DNA from: Eledone cirrhosa
Taxonomy: Eukaryota
Reading direction: 5' to 3'
NCBI GenBank assembly: GCA_964016885.1
Contig: OZ024744.1
Coordinates: forward strand, 101,246,001 to 101,310,000
DNA length: 64,000 nucleotides
Under the pieces are notes generated by a model, which saw only the letters and a list, made by a program, of their open reading frames with translations, was not told the DNA's origin and ran no database searches. Each line of letters starts with the position of its first letter. Positions within the stretch are counted from its first letter, which is position 1. Below are positions 23,465 to 36,589 of this stretch, in pieces. Position numbers and translations under genes: made by a program.

Positions 23465-23790
23465 AAAAGTCATATAGTATTAATATGAAAGTCATGTTGT
23501 ATTAATATAAAAGTAGTATTGACATAAAGGTAATATAGTATTAATATAAAAGTCATGTTGTATTAATAATATAAAAGTAGTATTGACATAAAGGTCATAT
23601 AGTATTAATATAAAAGTCATGTTGTATTAATATAAAAGTATTGACATAAAGGTCATATAGTATTAATATAAAAGTCATGTTGTATTAATATAAAGGCAGT
23701 ATTGATATAAAGGTAGTATTAATATAGTATTAATATAAAGGAAGTATTGTATTGATATAAAGGAAGTATTGTATTGATATAAAGGTAATG
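23465..23790. repeat. AT-rich minisatellite (~20-bp core tagtattaatataaaag)
   Basis: Direct reading, with higher-order repeats. Confidence 0.85.
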
Positions 23791-23796
23791 TGAAAC

Positions 23797-24004
23797 ATTT
23801 TCATTACTCTATATTTACTATTATATTTTCGCAGTAAAGGTTTTATCTCATTTAATTATCTCACAAATATCGAATCTATGAGATTTTGATATTATTTATT
23901 TTAAGAACAATACTTTAACATCAGTATGAGTGGCCAGTTACAACCAGTTTGGACAGAAGGTGAGAGAATTCTGGCCGGATATGACCGGTTTAAATGCTAA
24001 AGGG
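23797..24004 (+). mobile_element. piggyBac-type MITE (left end degraded)
   Basis: Same internal sequence as 24695-24914; ends aatgctaaaggg|ttaa. Confidence 0.75.
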
Positions 24005-24239
24005 TTAATACAGAAGTCTGTGGTTAGGAAAAGTGTGGTCAAGTCAATCAAGTGATAACTTAAAAAAAGGTAAAACACAGCACGGCACTACTTGTCTGAA
24101 ATGAATTCCACGCTGACAATAATATATATAGAAGCCATAAAGACTTGAGCAATTGAAAAGTAAAGAAACTGTTATCCATAGCAAGTTTAATATTACAGTT
24201 ATAATGATTGAGTGTTTCAGTCAGTAAAGACAAGTGGAA

Positions 24240-24311
24240 TACAAGGGCTGGCTTTAAAGTTCATAAGATGACCAAGATATTCTCATGGAATTACCAAATA
24301 AGGTTTATTTA

Positions 24312-24343
<32 letters not shown>

Positions 24344-24610
24344 GAGAGAGAGAGAGAGATGAGGGTAGACTGAAAAGTTAATAGGCTGACGAAGATACTC
24401 TCATGGACACTGCCCACAACAGGACAACCCATCTAACCCATGCTAGCATAGAAGAACGGACGTAAAATGGTGACGATGATGATGATATAGATAGATAGAT
24501 AGATAGAGAAAGAGTGAGAGAGATGAGGGTAGGTTGAAAAGTTCTTAGGCTGACCAAGATACTCTCATGGAATTACTAAATGAGGTTTATTTATTTTTCA
24601 ACATAGTCCC
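24240..24610 (+). mobile_element. Three tandem mariner-like left-end fragments interleaved with microsatellites and an RTE tail
   Basis: Repeated gaggg...gaaaagtt.ataggctgaccaagatactctcatgga motif at ~24242, 24360 and 24523. Confidence 0.45.
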
Positions 24611-24694
24611 TGGAAAGAAACAATGTGCAGTTATTAATAAGAAAAGTTGAAATATAAATGTATGCAAGATTTCACAGCCAAGGCAAGGCATCAA

Positions 24695-24914
24695 CCCTTT
24701 ACCATTTACATTACACTATATATATATACTATTATATTTTCATGGTAAAGGTTTTATCTCGCATAATATCGAATCTATGAGATTTTGATATTATTTATTT
24801 TGAGAACAATACCTTAACATCAGTATGAGTGGCCAGTTATGGCTGGTTTGAACTGAAAGAGGTGAGAGTATTCTGGCCCTCTGGCCGGATACAGCCGGTT
24901 TAAATGCTAAAGGG
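24695..24914 (+). mobile_element. piggyBac-type MITE
   Basis: ccctttaccattt ... aaatgctaaaggg, flanked by tcaa/ttaa. Confidence 0.82.
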
Positions 24915-25726
24915 TTAAAAAAAAATGTGATATCATTAATAAAAAGATTGTTGTTGTCATTTCCACCCCTACCTCCCCCTCCTCCTCTTTGTTTAATGTC
25001 CGCTTTCCCTGTTAGCAAGGGTTGGACAGGTCATGAACAGACCAGGTTGGTATTCAAAACAGAGGTACTGACCCCACAGTGTGCCAGGGGCCTGCATCTC
25101 ACTTACATTCCTGCAGCCTACCGTGAACTTCCCTCTGAAGATATGGTATCAATGGCACTGAAACAACTGGTACCTATGACAGTGGTTTTGGTTGGCAGCA
25201 CCAACTGATATGTTAATTGATATTATTCTTAACCTTTTCATTAACATATTTCTATGTCTATAGTTTTCAAATAATCAAGAATTTGGAGGGATTTAGCAAT
25301 ATAAATGACTTTCTGATTATAAAGTTGGTTTTTGGAACATATCTTAACAAAGGTTCTTGCATATAATTATGATAGAAGGTATTTAAGTAAATGTAAGCAC
25401 TTTAGCCCTTTTGTTGCTATATTTCTAATGAAAGACACTGCCAATGGTTTTCAAATTATTTTGAAAATATTTAAGGATTTGGAGGGATTTAGTAAAATAA
25501 CTTAACTTTCTCATTATTAAGTTGGTGTTTGGAACATTAGCTAAATAAAGGTATGATGGAGGGTTTTAGATAAATATAAACACTTTAAAATCAGCCACCT
25601 AATGCCCTATAATGGAGGGCTGTTTCAGGTGATTTGGTATCAAAAGAGTTTGGATACTAAATTAATTTCATCCATTTGTTGCTCTCTCAGGAAACATATT
25701 TCCCAATAAAGATTAGTCTTAAAGTA

Positions 25727-26303
25727 AAGATGTCTAACACGTGACCCACGGGGAATATGTGGCCTGCAAACTACTTTTCTATGGCCCATGTCAGAACAAT
25801 TTTTGTGGCTAATTAAAGAGGATTTGAAATGAAAAATCTATTTTTTGTACTATTTCACATATCCCACTTACAGAGCCATAACCAGAGAAAATAGCGCCTA
25901 TGGCAAGCAGTGATATTGTGTCCCTGTCCAGCACTGTATTTTTTACCTGTGGGCCTAATAATTTATATAAATGGTTTAATGGTCCAGCCACCATAGTGTT
26001 CTCACCCATGATAGAGACATTATATACCTGAAGGAGTTTCATTTTTCACTCTCCAACGAACCTTATCTGACTTTAATAGAACATGCTCCTAGCCCAAGTG
26101 GCGCGCCCCCTTCAGATGGCACCCATGGCTCATGCCAGGCTTGCCATACCTTAGTTACGCCTCTGCCTATCAAATACAATTACATATTAGCATTATAAAT
26201 GGTGGAAATTACTCCTTCACCATCTTGTTTTTGGCCTACTGTTCCGCTCTCCCTCAGAGGTAATAAATGGCCTTTATGAGTTATTTTAGTTTGAGACCCC
26301 CTA
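25727..26303. mobile_element. Nested decayed hAT-like MITEs (inner element ~25871-26165)
   Basis: Inner inverted ends cagagccataac / gttacgcctctg; outer Charlie-like end agtttgagacccc; TSDs not cleanly recoverable. Confidence 0.45.
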
Positions 26304-26530
26304 CCCCACAGTATATAGTGGAAATTAGTGAGGTACACAGGTTGTCAGAACTTGGTAATACCTCCGCCACATTAGTAATTGGAATGTCACTTATACACAA
26401 CTAAATCTAGGAATTGATACTATACTAACTAATCCAAAATGTTTAACTAAAACATGTTAACAATTTAACTTTAAAGTTGATAATTTGATATTTTATGATG
26501 TAATTTTTCTTCTCTGTATTCATTTTTCAG

Positions 26531-26668
26531 ATGAAGTCTTTTATAAAGCAAAGATTGATATCTTCCCAAGAAAGCTTCACTTCTTTTGCTGAGTCACAGA
26601 TTAAAACTGCTCGTAACTCATATGCATTACTGGCAAAACATGTGAGAATTATTAAAGAGATAAACTAA
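26531..26668 (+). CDS. Terminal coding exon of SNX-BAR sorting nexin: MKSFIKQRLISSQESFTSFAESQIKTARNSYALLAKHVRIIKEIN*
   Basis: Strong pyrimidine tract + tttttcag acceptor, phase 0, open to TAA 26666-26668. Aligns without gaps, from recall, to SNX6 LIDFKTRRVAAFRKNLVELAELELKHAKGNLQLLQNCLAVLNGDT*. Confidence 0.72.
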   Translation: MKSFIKQRLISSQESFTSFAESQIKTARNSYALLAKHVRIIKEIN

Positions 26669-26775
26669 ACTGTCATGTTTTATATATATTTTTATAAATT
26701 AATATTTTTAATGCTGCATTTTATTTTTTATTATAATTTTCACAACAAAAATTATCTTATTATATATATACATAT

Positions 26776-26886
26776 ATAATGAAACCTCGGTTCGTGAACT
26801 TAATTCATTCCTGAAGGCCATTCATCACCTGAAATGTTTGTAAACTGAAACTATTTTTCCCATATGAAATGTTGAGAGAGAAATAT

Positions 26887-26925
<39 letters not shown>

Positions 26926-27124
26926 GTGTGAAAAACAGATAAATATCATCATAGTAACTAACTACACAGCAAGTGACGCTTTCCCGCCGATACTCCCAGT
27001 TTGTTGCCAGCTTGTGTGTTCATTACTCAAGACACCACCAACCAAGACGTTTTATGTTCGGAAAAAATTGTACATAAATTAATTTGTACATGATAAGAGG
27101 CATTCGTGATCCAAGGTTCCACCG
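26776..27124. mobile_element. Tigger/pogo-like MITE in putative SNX 3'UTR
   Basis: Inverted ends tgaaacctcggttcgtgaa / ttcgtgatccaaggttccaccg, TA flanks, internal (GA)n. Confidence 0.7.
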
Positions 27125-27287
27125 TATATAATATGAATGTTCAAAATGACAATACATCCTGGTTTGTTAAAAGAATTATGTCAATTATTTTAATTTAAAA
27201 ATTTCTTTCATACAAACATCTGTGGATTAACAAAACAGCAATCTTGTTAAATATATGAAAAAAAAAAGTTTTAAAAGATATTTTTAA

Positions 27288-27331
27288 AATAAATTTATTG
27301 AAAATTAATACAAAGAAATTGTGAAAATAAA
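27288..27331 (+). terminator. Candidate polyadenylation signals (AATAAA x2) of the SNX-like gene
   Basis: AATAAA at 27288-27293 and 27326-27331 followed by a T-rich tract ~27372-27395; AT-rich background weakens this. Confidence 0.35.
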
Positions 27332-27436
27332 GAAAAACGCTTTTACTGGAATATAATGTTGGACATAAATGTTATTTTTTTTATATTTATTTTTTAATTG
27401 CTACCTCTACAACTCTTTTTATTAAATATGTGGATT

Positions 27437-27600
27437 GGCAGTATCGGTAGAGCATCAGACACCATGCTTTGCAGCATAGTTACATCCCTTTGTGGTCTGA
27501 GTTCAAATCCCGCCAAGGTTAACTTACGGGGTCGATAAAATAAAGTACCAGTAATGCACTGGGATAATTGCTGGCCTTGTGCCAAAAGTAGAAACAATTA
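27437..27600 (+). mobile_element. SINE family A
   Basis: Colinear with 20622-20797, short internal deletion. Confidence 0.8.
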
Positions 27601-27711
27601 AATACAAGTTTTTCTCTACCTACTTCTCTCCTATATATGTCTGCTTTTAAATATTCAATGTAATTTTTGTGTGATTGGTTTGTTGTGATTTTTTTCTTTA
27701 CTGTTTTGTTT

Positions 27712-28045
27712 CTAATATTTATTATTTGTATTGAGATATTATTAACCCACTATCTGCTATAGAATTACAAGATATCTAATATTTATTATTTGTATTGAGA
27801 TATTATTAACCCACACTTTGCTATAGAATTACAAGATATCGGGGGGCTTATTGTTATTAAGCCACAATTTGTTATAGATTTACAAGATATCAAGGATTTA
27901 TTAGCCCACAATTTGCTATAGAATTACAAGATATCGGGGGCTTATTGTTATTAAGCCACAATTTGTTATAGATTTACAAGATATCAAGGATTTATTAGCC
28001 CACAATTTGCCATAGAATTACAAGATATCAAGAATTTATTAGCCT
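27712..28045. repeat. Compound tandem repeat (core tttgctatagaattacaagatatc)
   Basis: Six copies of the core with variable linkers. Confidence 0.85.
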
Positions 28046-28049
28046 TTAA

Positions 28050-30600
28050 ACGCTGACGAGTTTAAAAAAGTTACAAAGAAATACAAGAATCTTGAATGAG
28101 ATTCAAACTAGACGTAGCTTACAAAATGAAAAGTGTTAATTCTCTGAATTAGAGCAACGCAAACAGATGATAGAACCTTTCATTGCTAGCACACCTATTA
28201 TAGATTTCCAAAGAAAAGACACCAATTACAGATATATTCATTCTAGGTAAAACATATGAAGCTTCCGACTCTGACATTAAACAGCGAAAGGCTATGAATA
28301 GTATAAGTGATGTTTTCAACACAGTCATACAGTGAAGGATGCATCAACATTCAGTTGAAACTTGCTTCAACTGTGGAGGAAAACATGTCATTGGAAAGAT
28401 TGCCATGAATTTGGTTCAGTTTACAACAGATACAGTTTGACTAACAAGATTTAAGTAGGAGCTAAGGTCAAGGTCACTATACCAACAGCATACTACATGA
28501 TAGTCACCATACCAATAACATACTATGTCAAGGTCACCATACCAATGGCACATTAAGTCAAGGTCACCATACCAACAGCACACTACATGGTCACCATACC
28601 AAGTCAAGGTCACCATACCAACAGCACACTACATGGTCACCATACCAATAGCATACCAAGTCAAGGTCACCATACTAACAGCACACCAAGTCAAGGTCAC
28701 CATGCTAACAGCACAAGTGAAGGTCACCATACCATGTCAAGGTCATCATACCAACACCATACTACATGAAGATCACCATACCAACAGCACACTACATGAA
28801 GGTCACCACACCAACAGCACACCATGTCAAGGTGACCCTTCCAAAAGCACACAAGAAGATCACCATTATAGATGTCCTACATATAATGTTGTGTACAATA
28901 ATACTTAACCACTTCATACAGCATCAAAGCATCTTCTGTGTCAGAACAAAGGGATTAAGTTTTTGAACTAATAAAAATCAACTGTCAAATTGACCAAACA
29001 TCCACAAACTTCAACAAGGAAACACCTTGCCAGTGTCAAATGAAATAAAACTGACAACATACAATGGACATCAATCAAATGTTATGGTAGTATTGATAGT
29101 CCATATCAATGTAACAACTGCAGCTGGCACAATACATTTTACATTGTTGATGTACAAGGGCCAGCATGTTAGGGCTACTAGTATCAGAGAAATTGAAGCT
29201 AGTGACCCTGTACTTCACTGTAAAAAGAGGTATGATAACTCCATACAGCACAGAACAAGGAACGAATGAGTAAAGTTGATAATCTTGTTAAACTGTTTCT
29301 AGATCACTTGAACAAAATTGGATTTATGTCAGGCAGTGTAAAACTTTCCATTAATGAAAATATCTAGCCGAACATCGACCCATTTAGGAAACCATTGAGA
29401 TATGCAATACAAAGGGAGCTAAATCAAATGAAAAAATATCGTCAACAGAAAGGTAACAGATCCAATGGATTGGGTCTCCAGTATAACATACTCACATAAG
29501 AAATATGGCAGTCGATGAGTTTGCCCTGACCCAAAGACCATATTATACAATTTCAACACTTGAAGAAGTGGCTCACCACTTTGCAGATGCTAAAATATTC
29601 TCCAATTCCTGGTTTATTCACTGAGACACAGACTCTTTTAGTTGCTCGGCATGTTACAGTTACTGTATGGCAGATACTGTTTCTAGAGATAACCAGTTGG
29701 ATTGAGTGTATCTCAGAATATCTTCCAAATGAAGATGAATAAAATCATGGAGCAGATGATGGTAAAATAGGAATAGCTGGCGATGTTTTGGTCTATACTT
29801 CCTCAGAGGAGGAACACAACAAAGTTTTACACAAGTTCATGCTAGTAGCTACCAAAAATGGTCTTGTTTTCAACTCAACAAAGGGCAACATCAAATCTGA
29901 AAATATTTCTTTCTTCAGTATGGTATACTGTACAAATGGTGTTAGTCCAGATCTAGAGAAGATCAACAACCTGAGAGACAGATGTAAGAGAATTTTTAGG
30001 CCTTCCTATTTACTTTTCACTATTCTTTTCAAACAAGGCATCCATCCAGCGAAATTTATGGAAGCAAGATGCAACTTTTTTGTGAGAAGGGCACCACAAT
30101 TGATGCTTTGAGAAACTCAAGACAGAGATTAGCCAAAACTCAACATTTGCTTACTTCCACACAAACCATATGCCAACTGTACAAACAGATGCAATTTATA
30201 CATTGAAGTCTTTATCAAATGCTGAGAAACATTGCAAGATATTCCCACTCTATGTAAACAATCGTATTTGAGGTTCAAATATTTCACACATACTTCTATG
30301 GTTTCAATTCAAGGTAGTCACCAACCATAAACTACTGATTAGTATATCACTAAGACTACAACACATGATATTTAAATTATACCAATACCTCATGTGTAGA
30401 GTACAGAACTGGAATGGCAATGACATTACAAGATGCACTGAGTTATCTTCCCATTAGCTAGAACAAAGAAATAATGGACTATGGATGTTTGAGCTAACCT
30501 TGTGAGATTTGTAAGTGATCTTCAAATAGTCAAATAATTTGGGTAAATTACTCTAGAAAGCAGAACAATGGTGGACAGGGATACCCACAGGAATTGAACC
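28050..30600 (+). mobile_element. Heavily decayed Gypsy/Ty3 LTR-retrotransposon internal region
   Basis: Zn-knuckle CFNCGGKH (~28363); RT WVSSITYSHKKYGS..VCPDPK (~29470) and GDVLVY..SEEEHNKVL...GLVFNSTK (~29780); RNase H-like FHTYFYG..KVVTNH (~30285). No LTRs seen. Confidence 0.6.
28466..28865. repeat. ~30-bp minisatellite (aggtcaccataccaacagcacactacat)
   Basis: Direct reading, variable units. Confidence 0.9.
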
Positions 30601-31059
30601 AGGACTCTGCAGATATGACTTATGTCACTGTTCTATAGTTAATTTATCAATTGTATCAGATTTTTACTACAAAAGCAAAGAAGTCCAAATTTATTTGTAA
30701 ATTTATTAGTTTATCTACATTAATCATCATCTGGGCATGCTTATTGCATCGATTGCCGTGAGACATTCTCTCCAGTCTGTTTGGTCTACCATTGCTCATG
30801 GGAGATCTTCTCTGATGCATTCAGAGTCCTTGCACAGTTTCTTTATGTAGGTTCAATGTTGCTGATGATCTGCATTTCTAGTCAACTATTAAGACATCTA
30901 TTTACATGCTAAAATGTTTGACCTGGTCACTTTAGTGTAGTGGCTATCACAGTCATCTGGCAATCAGCAGATACATGGTTCAAATCCCAAAGGCAATCAC
31001 TGTCCAACTTTTTTTTTCATTAATTTACTTGACTGTTTTATAGCTATTATTTGAATAAT

Positions 31060-31224
31060 TTGCGATACAGAGTTCCGGTCCTTTATGTTCCGTGTTCAAA
31101 TTCTGCCGAGGTGAGCTTTACCTTTCATCCTTATGCACCAGTAATGCATTGGAATCAATTTAATCAACCCCCCCCCCCCCCCCTTCAAATTGCTGGCCTT
31201 GTTCCTAAAATAGAAACAACTATT
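31060..31224 (+). mobile_element. SINE family A (degraded)
   Basis: gttcaaattctgccgagg...cctttcatcc...ttgctggccttgttcctaaaatagaaac. Confidence 0.65.
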
Positions 31225-31442
31225 TGAATTGTAACAGCTTGTCACTACAAAAACAAATACATTTCAAATTTTCATATTTGCCCAATTTCTTCATAAACTT
31301 ATCAAATTACAATATTTTCACTATTACCATTATGAGGTTCCAACATGATGAGCCTAATTAGATTCTTCAGGATACTGCAACTCCTTAAGGTTCTTATCAA
31401 ATTACTCTTTCATTCGGACCAGTAATATTCTGTGACTAAGTT

Positions 31443-32030
31443 CAATAACTGTATTCTCCCTTTACACTCTACCTACTTCAATAAATATATTCTCCCTTAC
31501 ACCCTACCTTGTCCAATAACTGAATTCTCCCTTACACTCTACCCTGTCCAAAAACTATATTTCCCCTTACACTCTACCCTCTCCAATAACTATATTCTCC
31601 CTAACAATCAACCCTCTCTAATAACTATATTCTCCCTTACACTCTACCCTCTTCAATAACTGTATTCTTCCTTACACTCTACCCTGTCCAATAACTAAAT
31701 TCTCCCTTACATTATACCTTGTCCAATAACTATATTCTCCCTTACACTCTACCCTGTCCAATAACTATATTCTCCTTTACACTCTACCCTGTCCAATAAC
31801 TAAATTCTCCCTTACACTATACCCTGTCCAATAACTATATTCTACCCTGTCCAAGAATTATATTCTCTCTGACACTATACCCTGTCCAATAACTATATTC
31901 TCCCCTATAGTCTACCCTGTACAATAACTGCATTCTCCCCTATAGTCTTCCCTGTACAATAACTGCATTCTCCCCTATAGTCTACCCTGTACAATAACTG
32001 CATTCTCCCAATATACTCTACTCAATAACT
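31443..32030. repeat. 35-bp minisatellite (~16 copies)
   Basis: Unit ccaataactatattctcccttacactctaccctgt. Confidence 0.93.
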
Positions 32031-32394
32031 TTAGTTAGTAAATAAAAAACTTCTAAAATTGTAGAAAATATGATATATTATAACATTTTACAAAAGTGTA
32101 TTGAACATTTTTTTTTCATAATTTCAGGAAGTATATTAGTCAATGTAATGAGCAAGTAAAAGTATTACTTTAAGGTAATTTTGAGGGCAATTAGTTTTAT
32201 ATGTACTTAATACAAATTTAACATTTAAAGCATAAAATATTGATCGTTTTATGGGTAGGTTTAGTTTGGAATAAAATTTAAAGATTTATTTCACAAATGA
32301 AAGTAGGTGTCAAAATTACAACATTTACAAAATTACAACATTTACAAAATTACAACATTTACAATGTACTAAATATTTTGAATTGAGATTTTGT

Positions 32395-32690
32395 TGGTCA
32401 TGTTGGACAGCTCCAGGATGGTTACACTGGGGTACATGGTGGGCATGGTTACGGCTCAAGAAATGAAGAAGGAGTGAGACTTCATGAATTTTGTGATGCA
32501 AGTACACTGACTATTTGCAACACTAACTTCCAGAAACCTGCCAACCACCTAATAACCTACAAATCTGGCGAGCACATAAGCCAGATTGACTTCTTACTAG
32601 TTAGGCAGCGGGACAGACGGATGGCATACCCTGGGGAGGAATGTACCTCACAGCATAGGTTAGTCGTTAGTGATATCTCAGTAAGCAAGA
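32395..32690 (+). mobile_element. Isolated RTE endonuclease fragment
   Basis: Matches 11951-12246 (GHVG, ICNTNFQKP, SQIDFLL, SQHRLVV). Confidence 0.85.
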
Positions 32691-32854
32691 GATGGAATTG
32701 TATATAGTTTTTAATAATTTTATCGCTATAAATTTCAAATTGTATTTAAATATTTTGTAAGAATAATACAAAGTAAATTTGGAACTATTATTTTGGTATT
32801 TTTCTGGCTTGGAGTTAATTTAAATGTAGATGAGTATATAGATTCAGACTAACA

Positions 32855-33470
32855 CTGTGCAGTGCACCAAGCTGTAGTAAGCAGACACTGCAATGCACCA
32901 AAATGTACCATGCAGACCCTGTGATGCACCAAGAGGTACCGTGCAGACCCTGTGATGCACCAAGCTATACCATGCAGACCAAGCTGTACCATGCAGACCC
33001 TGTGATGCACCAAGATGTACCATGCAGACCCTGTGATGCACCAAGCTATATCATGCAGACCCTGTGATGCACCAAGCTGTACCATGCAGACCCTGTGATG
33101 CACCAAGCTGTACTATGCATACCCTGTTATGCACCAAGCTGTACCATGCAAACCCTGTGATGCACCAAGCTGTACTATGCATACCCTGTTATGCACCAAG
33201 CTGTACCATGCATACCCTGTGATGCACCAAGCTGTACCATGCATACCATGTGATGCACCAATCTGTACCATGCAGACCCTGTAATGCACCAAGCTATACC
33301 ATGCACACTCTGTGATGCATCAAACTATACCATGCAGACCCTGTGATGCACCAAGATGTACCATGCAGTTCTTAGAATCCTCTAAGCTGTCTATTCCCTG
33401 TAGTGCACTAAGCTGTATGATGCAGTTCTTACAATGCACCAAGCAGTTCTTGTAATGCTCTAAGCTGTAT
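32855..33470. repeat. 31-bp minisatellite (~19 copies)
   Basis: Unit gtgatgcaccaagctgtaccatgcagaccct. Confidence 0.93.
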
Positions 33471-33867
33471 GCCTTTTTTCCACAACTGACTAAACTGAAT
33501 CAGCAACCCTAATTACTTCATAATCCTTGGCCAATGTTCTGATTTTGGATAATTCAAGGCCTTGAATCTACTCACTAAATTCCGCTGTTACATATTGGAC
33601 CGTTCTGATTTTCAGAAGTGTTTAAGACATATTCACATTTCCTAGCTGGAAGTCACTATCCTCCTCCACCTTCAACACAAACATGACATCATCTTCAAAC
33701 AAGATATGAGAGCTACTATGATGTTGTGAAGACCAAAGCACTTCAACAACTCCTAATCCTGTATTTTACTGAAAATAGAACCCTGATCATACTCCTACAA
33801 TCTATCCATTACTACACACCAATTTATCCCCTCCTCTACCCCTTTCTACACTCACCACACCCTATCA

Positions 33868-34157
33868 CAGTCATGGGCAACCTTCGGCCCTCAAAGCTTT
33901 CTGAATGGCTCGCCTAAGTCACCTAAGTGAAACCTTTCTGGGTTTTTTACCCCAACTTTTCAATCGTAATTCATCTTTCTATAATTTTTACGATCGAGGA
34001 AAAATCATGTACGAATTCTGAAGAAACAAATCAAAACAACATGAGTCACTGCCCTTTTTTTTAATGGGGGCACGAATGTAAATTAGCGCTTGCGGCCCAC
34101 CTGATGATTAGCCATATCTCAAGCGGCTCGATTCTCAAAAAAGGTTGCTGATGCCTG
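33868..34157. mobile_element. hAT (Charlie-type) MITE
   Basis: Ends cagtcatgggcaacctt / aaggttgctgatgcctg; degenerate TSD ccctatca/tcctagca. Confidence 0.65.
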
Positions 34158-34586
34158 TCCTAGCATCACCACACCACATACACCAAGTATCTATTTTCAC
34201 CCCAAGATCCATAAGACTACTATCATTCTTGTTATTTTGTCTCCACTTGAAGCTGGGCCATTGAATATACTTTCAAGTATCAGCTCTTCATCCACTTAGG
34301 TATATCCCTTTCATGTCAGCAACTCTGCTTTCCATCTCTTCACCCACTCTCACTTATTACCCCCTAATTCCTTAACCTTATATTGAATTCCTCTATATTG
34401 TCATGTCCCACAACTGGTCTGAAATAGATCCTTGAAAATCCTACTATGCCTGAGCCCAGCCCCACCTTGCTAAAATTGTTGTCACACCTTGCGGATTCTC
34501 CTTCGTACTTCAATCAGAAAATTACTGGGATAGCCATAACCACAAAAAAAAGCTTAAAGTCTGTCTCAAGCCAGGAATTTCATTAA

Positions 34587-34807
34587 CCTTTCAGCATTCA
34601 AGCCGGCTGTATCTGGGCAGAATTTTCTTACCTCTTTCTGTTCAAACTAGCCATAATTGGCTGCTCATACTGATGTTAAGGTATTGTTCTCAAAATAAAT
34701 AACATCAAAATCCAGTAGATTCAATATTATGTGAGATAATTATGTAAGATAAAGTCTTTACCACAAAAATACAATAGTAAATATAGAGTAATGTAAATAC
34801 TAAAGGG
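34587..34807 (-). mobile_element. piggyBac-type MITE
   Basis: TTAA flanks; reverse orientation of the 24695 family. Confidence 0.82.
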
Positions 34808-34843
34808 TTAAGCAGGTACTTATCCGGGTTAACATAGCGTTAA

Positions 34844-35053
34844 CCCTTTAGAATTTACATTACTCTATATATACTATTATATTTTCATGGTAAAGGCTTT
34901 ACCTCACATAATTATCTCGCATAATATCGAATCTATGAGATTTTGAAAGTATTTATTTTGAGAACAATACCTTAACATCAGTTTGAACGACCAGTTACAG
35001 CCAGTTTCAACAGAAAGAGGTAGAGAATTCTGGCCAGTTTGAACATTAAAGGG
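34844..35053 (+). mobile_element. piggyBac-type MITE
   Basis: ttaa|cccttta...ttaaaggg|ttaa. Confidence 0.85.
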
Positions 35054-35127
35054 TTAAACAATTGAGAGTAGAAGACTCCCCTCATAGACAGGATGTGAGT
35101 TCATTGCAGCCCCCCCCCCCCCCCCCA

Positions 35128-35284
35128 AGCTACTGCTGGTACTCATTTTCAGTTGAATATACTGGAGCAATGTGAAATGAAGTGTTTTGCTCAAGAACAC
35201 AACACACAACCTGGTCCAGGAAATAAACCTATGACATTATGATTATAATTTCAACACCCTAACCACTAGGACACACAGCTTCAC
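35128..35284 (-). mobile_element. SINE family B head (tRNA-derived)
   Basis: Reverse complement resembles 21569-21710 (tagtggttaggg, gtgttcttgagcaaaacac, ttgctccagt). Confidence 0.7.
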
Positions 35285-35506
35285 CGGAATGGACCCTATT
35301 TTGTGATAACCTGTTCATTAACAACATCAAGCCCTAAACCTTCTCCCAGTTCACATCACCCACCTCATTAGATACTAAATATGTTATTTAGAATTGCAAA
35401 GGGTTTGTACATTATCAGTAGTGGTGGAAGGGGTCAAGTGGATGGTGATAGGAAAAATAAGGTAGCAGAGTGAGGAAAAGTGGAAAAGAAAGAGATCTTA
35501 GATTAA

Positions 35507-35731
35507 CCCTTTAACATTTACATTACTTACTCTATATTTACTATTGTATGTTTGTGGTAAAGGCTTGACCTCACATAATTTTCTCGCATATTATCAAATC
35601 TATGAGATTTTGATATTATTCATTTTGAGAACAATACTTTAACATCAGTATGAGTGGCAGGCTACAGCCAGTTTGAACAAAAAGAGGTGAGAGAATTCTG
35701 GCTGGATACTGATAGTTTAAATGCTAAAGGG
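35507..35731 (+). mobile_element. piggyBac-type MITE
   Basis: ttaa|ccctttaacattt...aaatgctaaaggg|ttaa. Confidence 0.85.
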
Positions 35732-36589
35732 TTAAAAATTAAGAAATTTTAATGTGATGCAATTTCAGATGTCCAGTTTTAATTCATTGAGGTTGTGTTT
35801 TCCAGTACTGTAAGAGATGCTTCTCAAAGTGGTTATATTTCTTGAATACATCTGACCTGATGTTTTCATAGAAGTCTCTATAATACAGGTTGTTGACCTT
35901 CTTGCATATGAGTTGGTCTCACGTTGTTGTCGTTTGCCTGATCAAGATTTTAGATCAGTGATTAATTTCCAGAGCCTACCACGTGGAGGTCAACAAAACT
36001 TGGGCCCCCAGGTTGTTGAAGATTTCCTTTACTTTGCTGTGTGCAGATCACAACTTATGGCTATTAGTGATCACATTGGCATATTTCCTGGTATACAGCA
36101 ATTAAACTTGAAAATATTCCTGCAATACCAATTTATAGCTGGAATATTTTGAAGAAACATTATTTCCCTACCGGACGTAGTTTTCCATGATTTAAAGACA
36201 CATTATTTCAAAGCAATAGAAACAATTTAATGGCTGTGTAGAGGCAATATCTATTAATGAGCGATGTGCAGTATATAACCTCCACAGACACGAGTCCTCA
36301 TACTCTCAGGCAATCAATGATATTCAGTTCAGAAAAAGACCTGAACTTTTGACTTAGTAGTAAAACTGTCCCAACTAATATCTTCACAAGAAGAGCCTGT
36401 TCCCATGGATCTGGGTTGATCTCAGGGGTATACCTTGATGAAATATAGCCAAAGTCCTTGAATGGGAGAAAAAGTGGTTGAAGGCAGAGGATATCAATGG
36501 TAGAACATGCCGAAGAGAACCATCCTAGACAGACTAAGAAGATGCAACACAATCTACACCTGGGCTGATGGCTGGCCATTGTATTTTTG

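Noticed and set aside
28525-28966. His/Thr-rich ORFs; also 32844-33106 and 36587-36817
   Set aside because: Produced by minisatellite periodicity; no splice signals or domain similarity.
26642-32139. Splicing of the SNX exon via GTGAGA at 26642 to the acceptor at 32127
   Set aside because: Gives only EVY*; read-through to TAA 26668 matches the expected C-terminal length better. Not excluded as a minor isoform.
31443-33470. 31-35-bp repeat arrays as CRISPR arrays
   Set aside because: Head-to-tail units without unique spacers, no cas genes, spliceosomal eukaryotic context; the same applies to 15077 and 28466.
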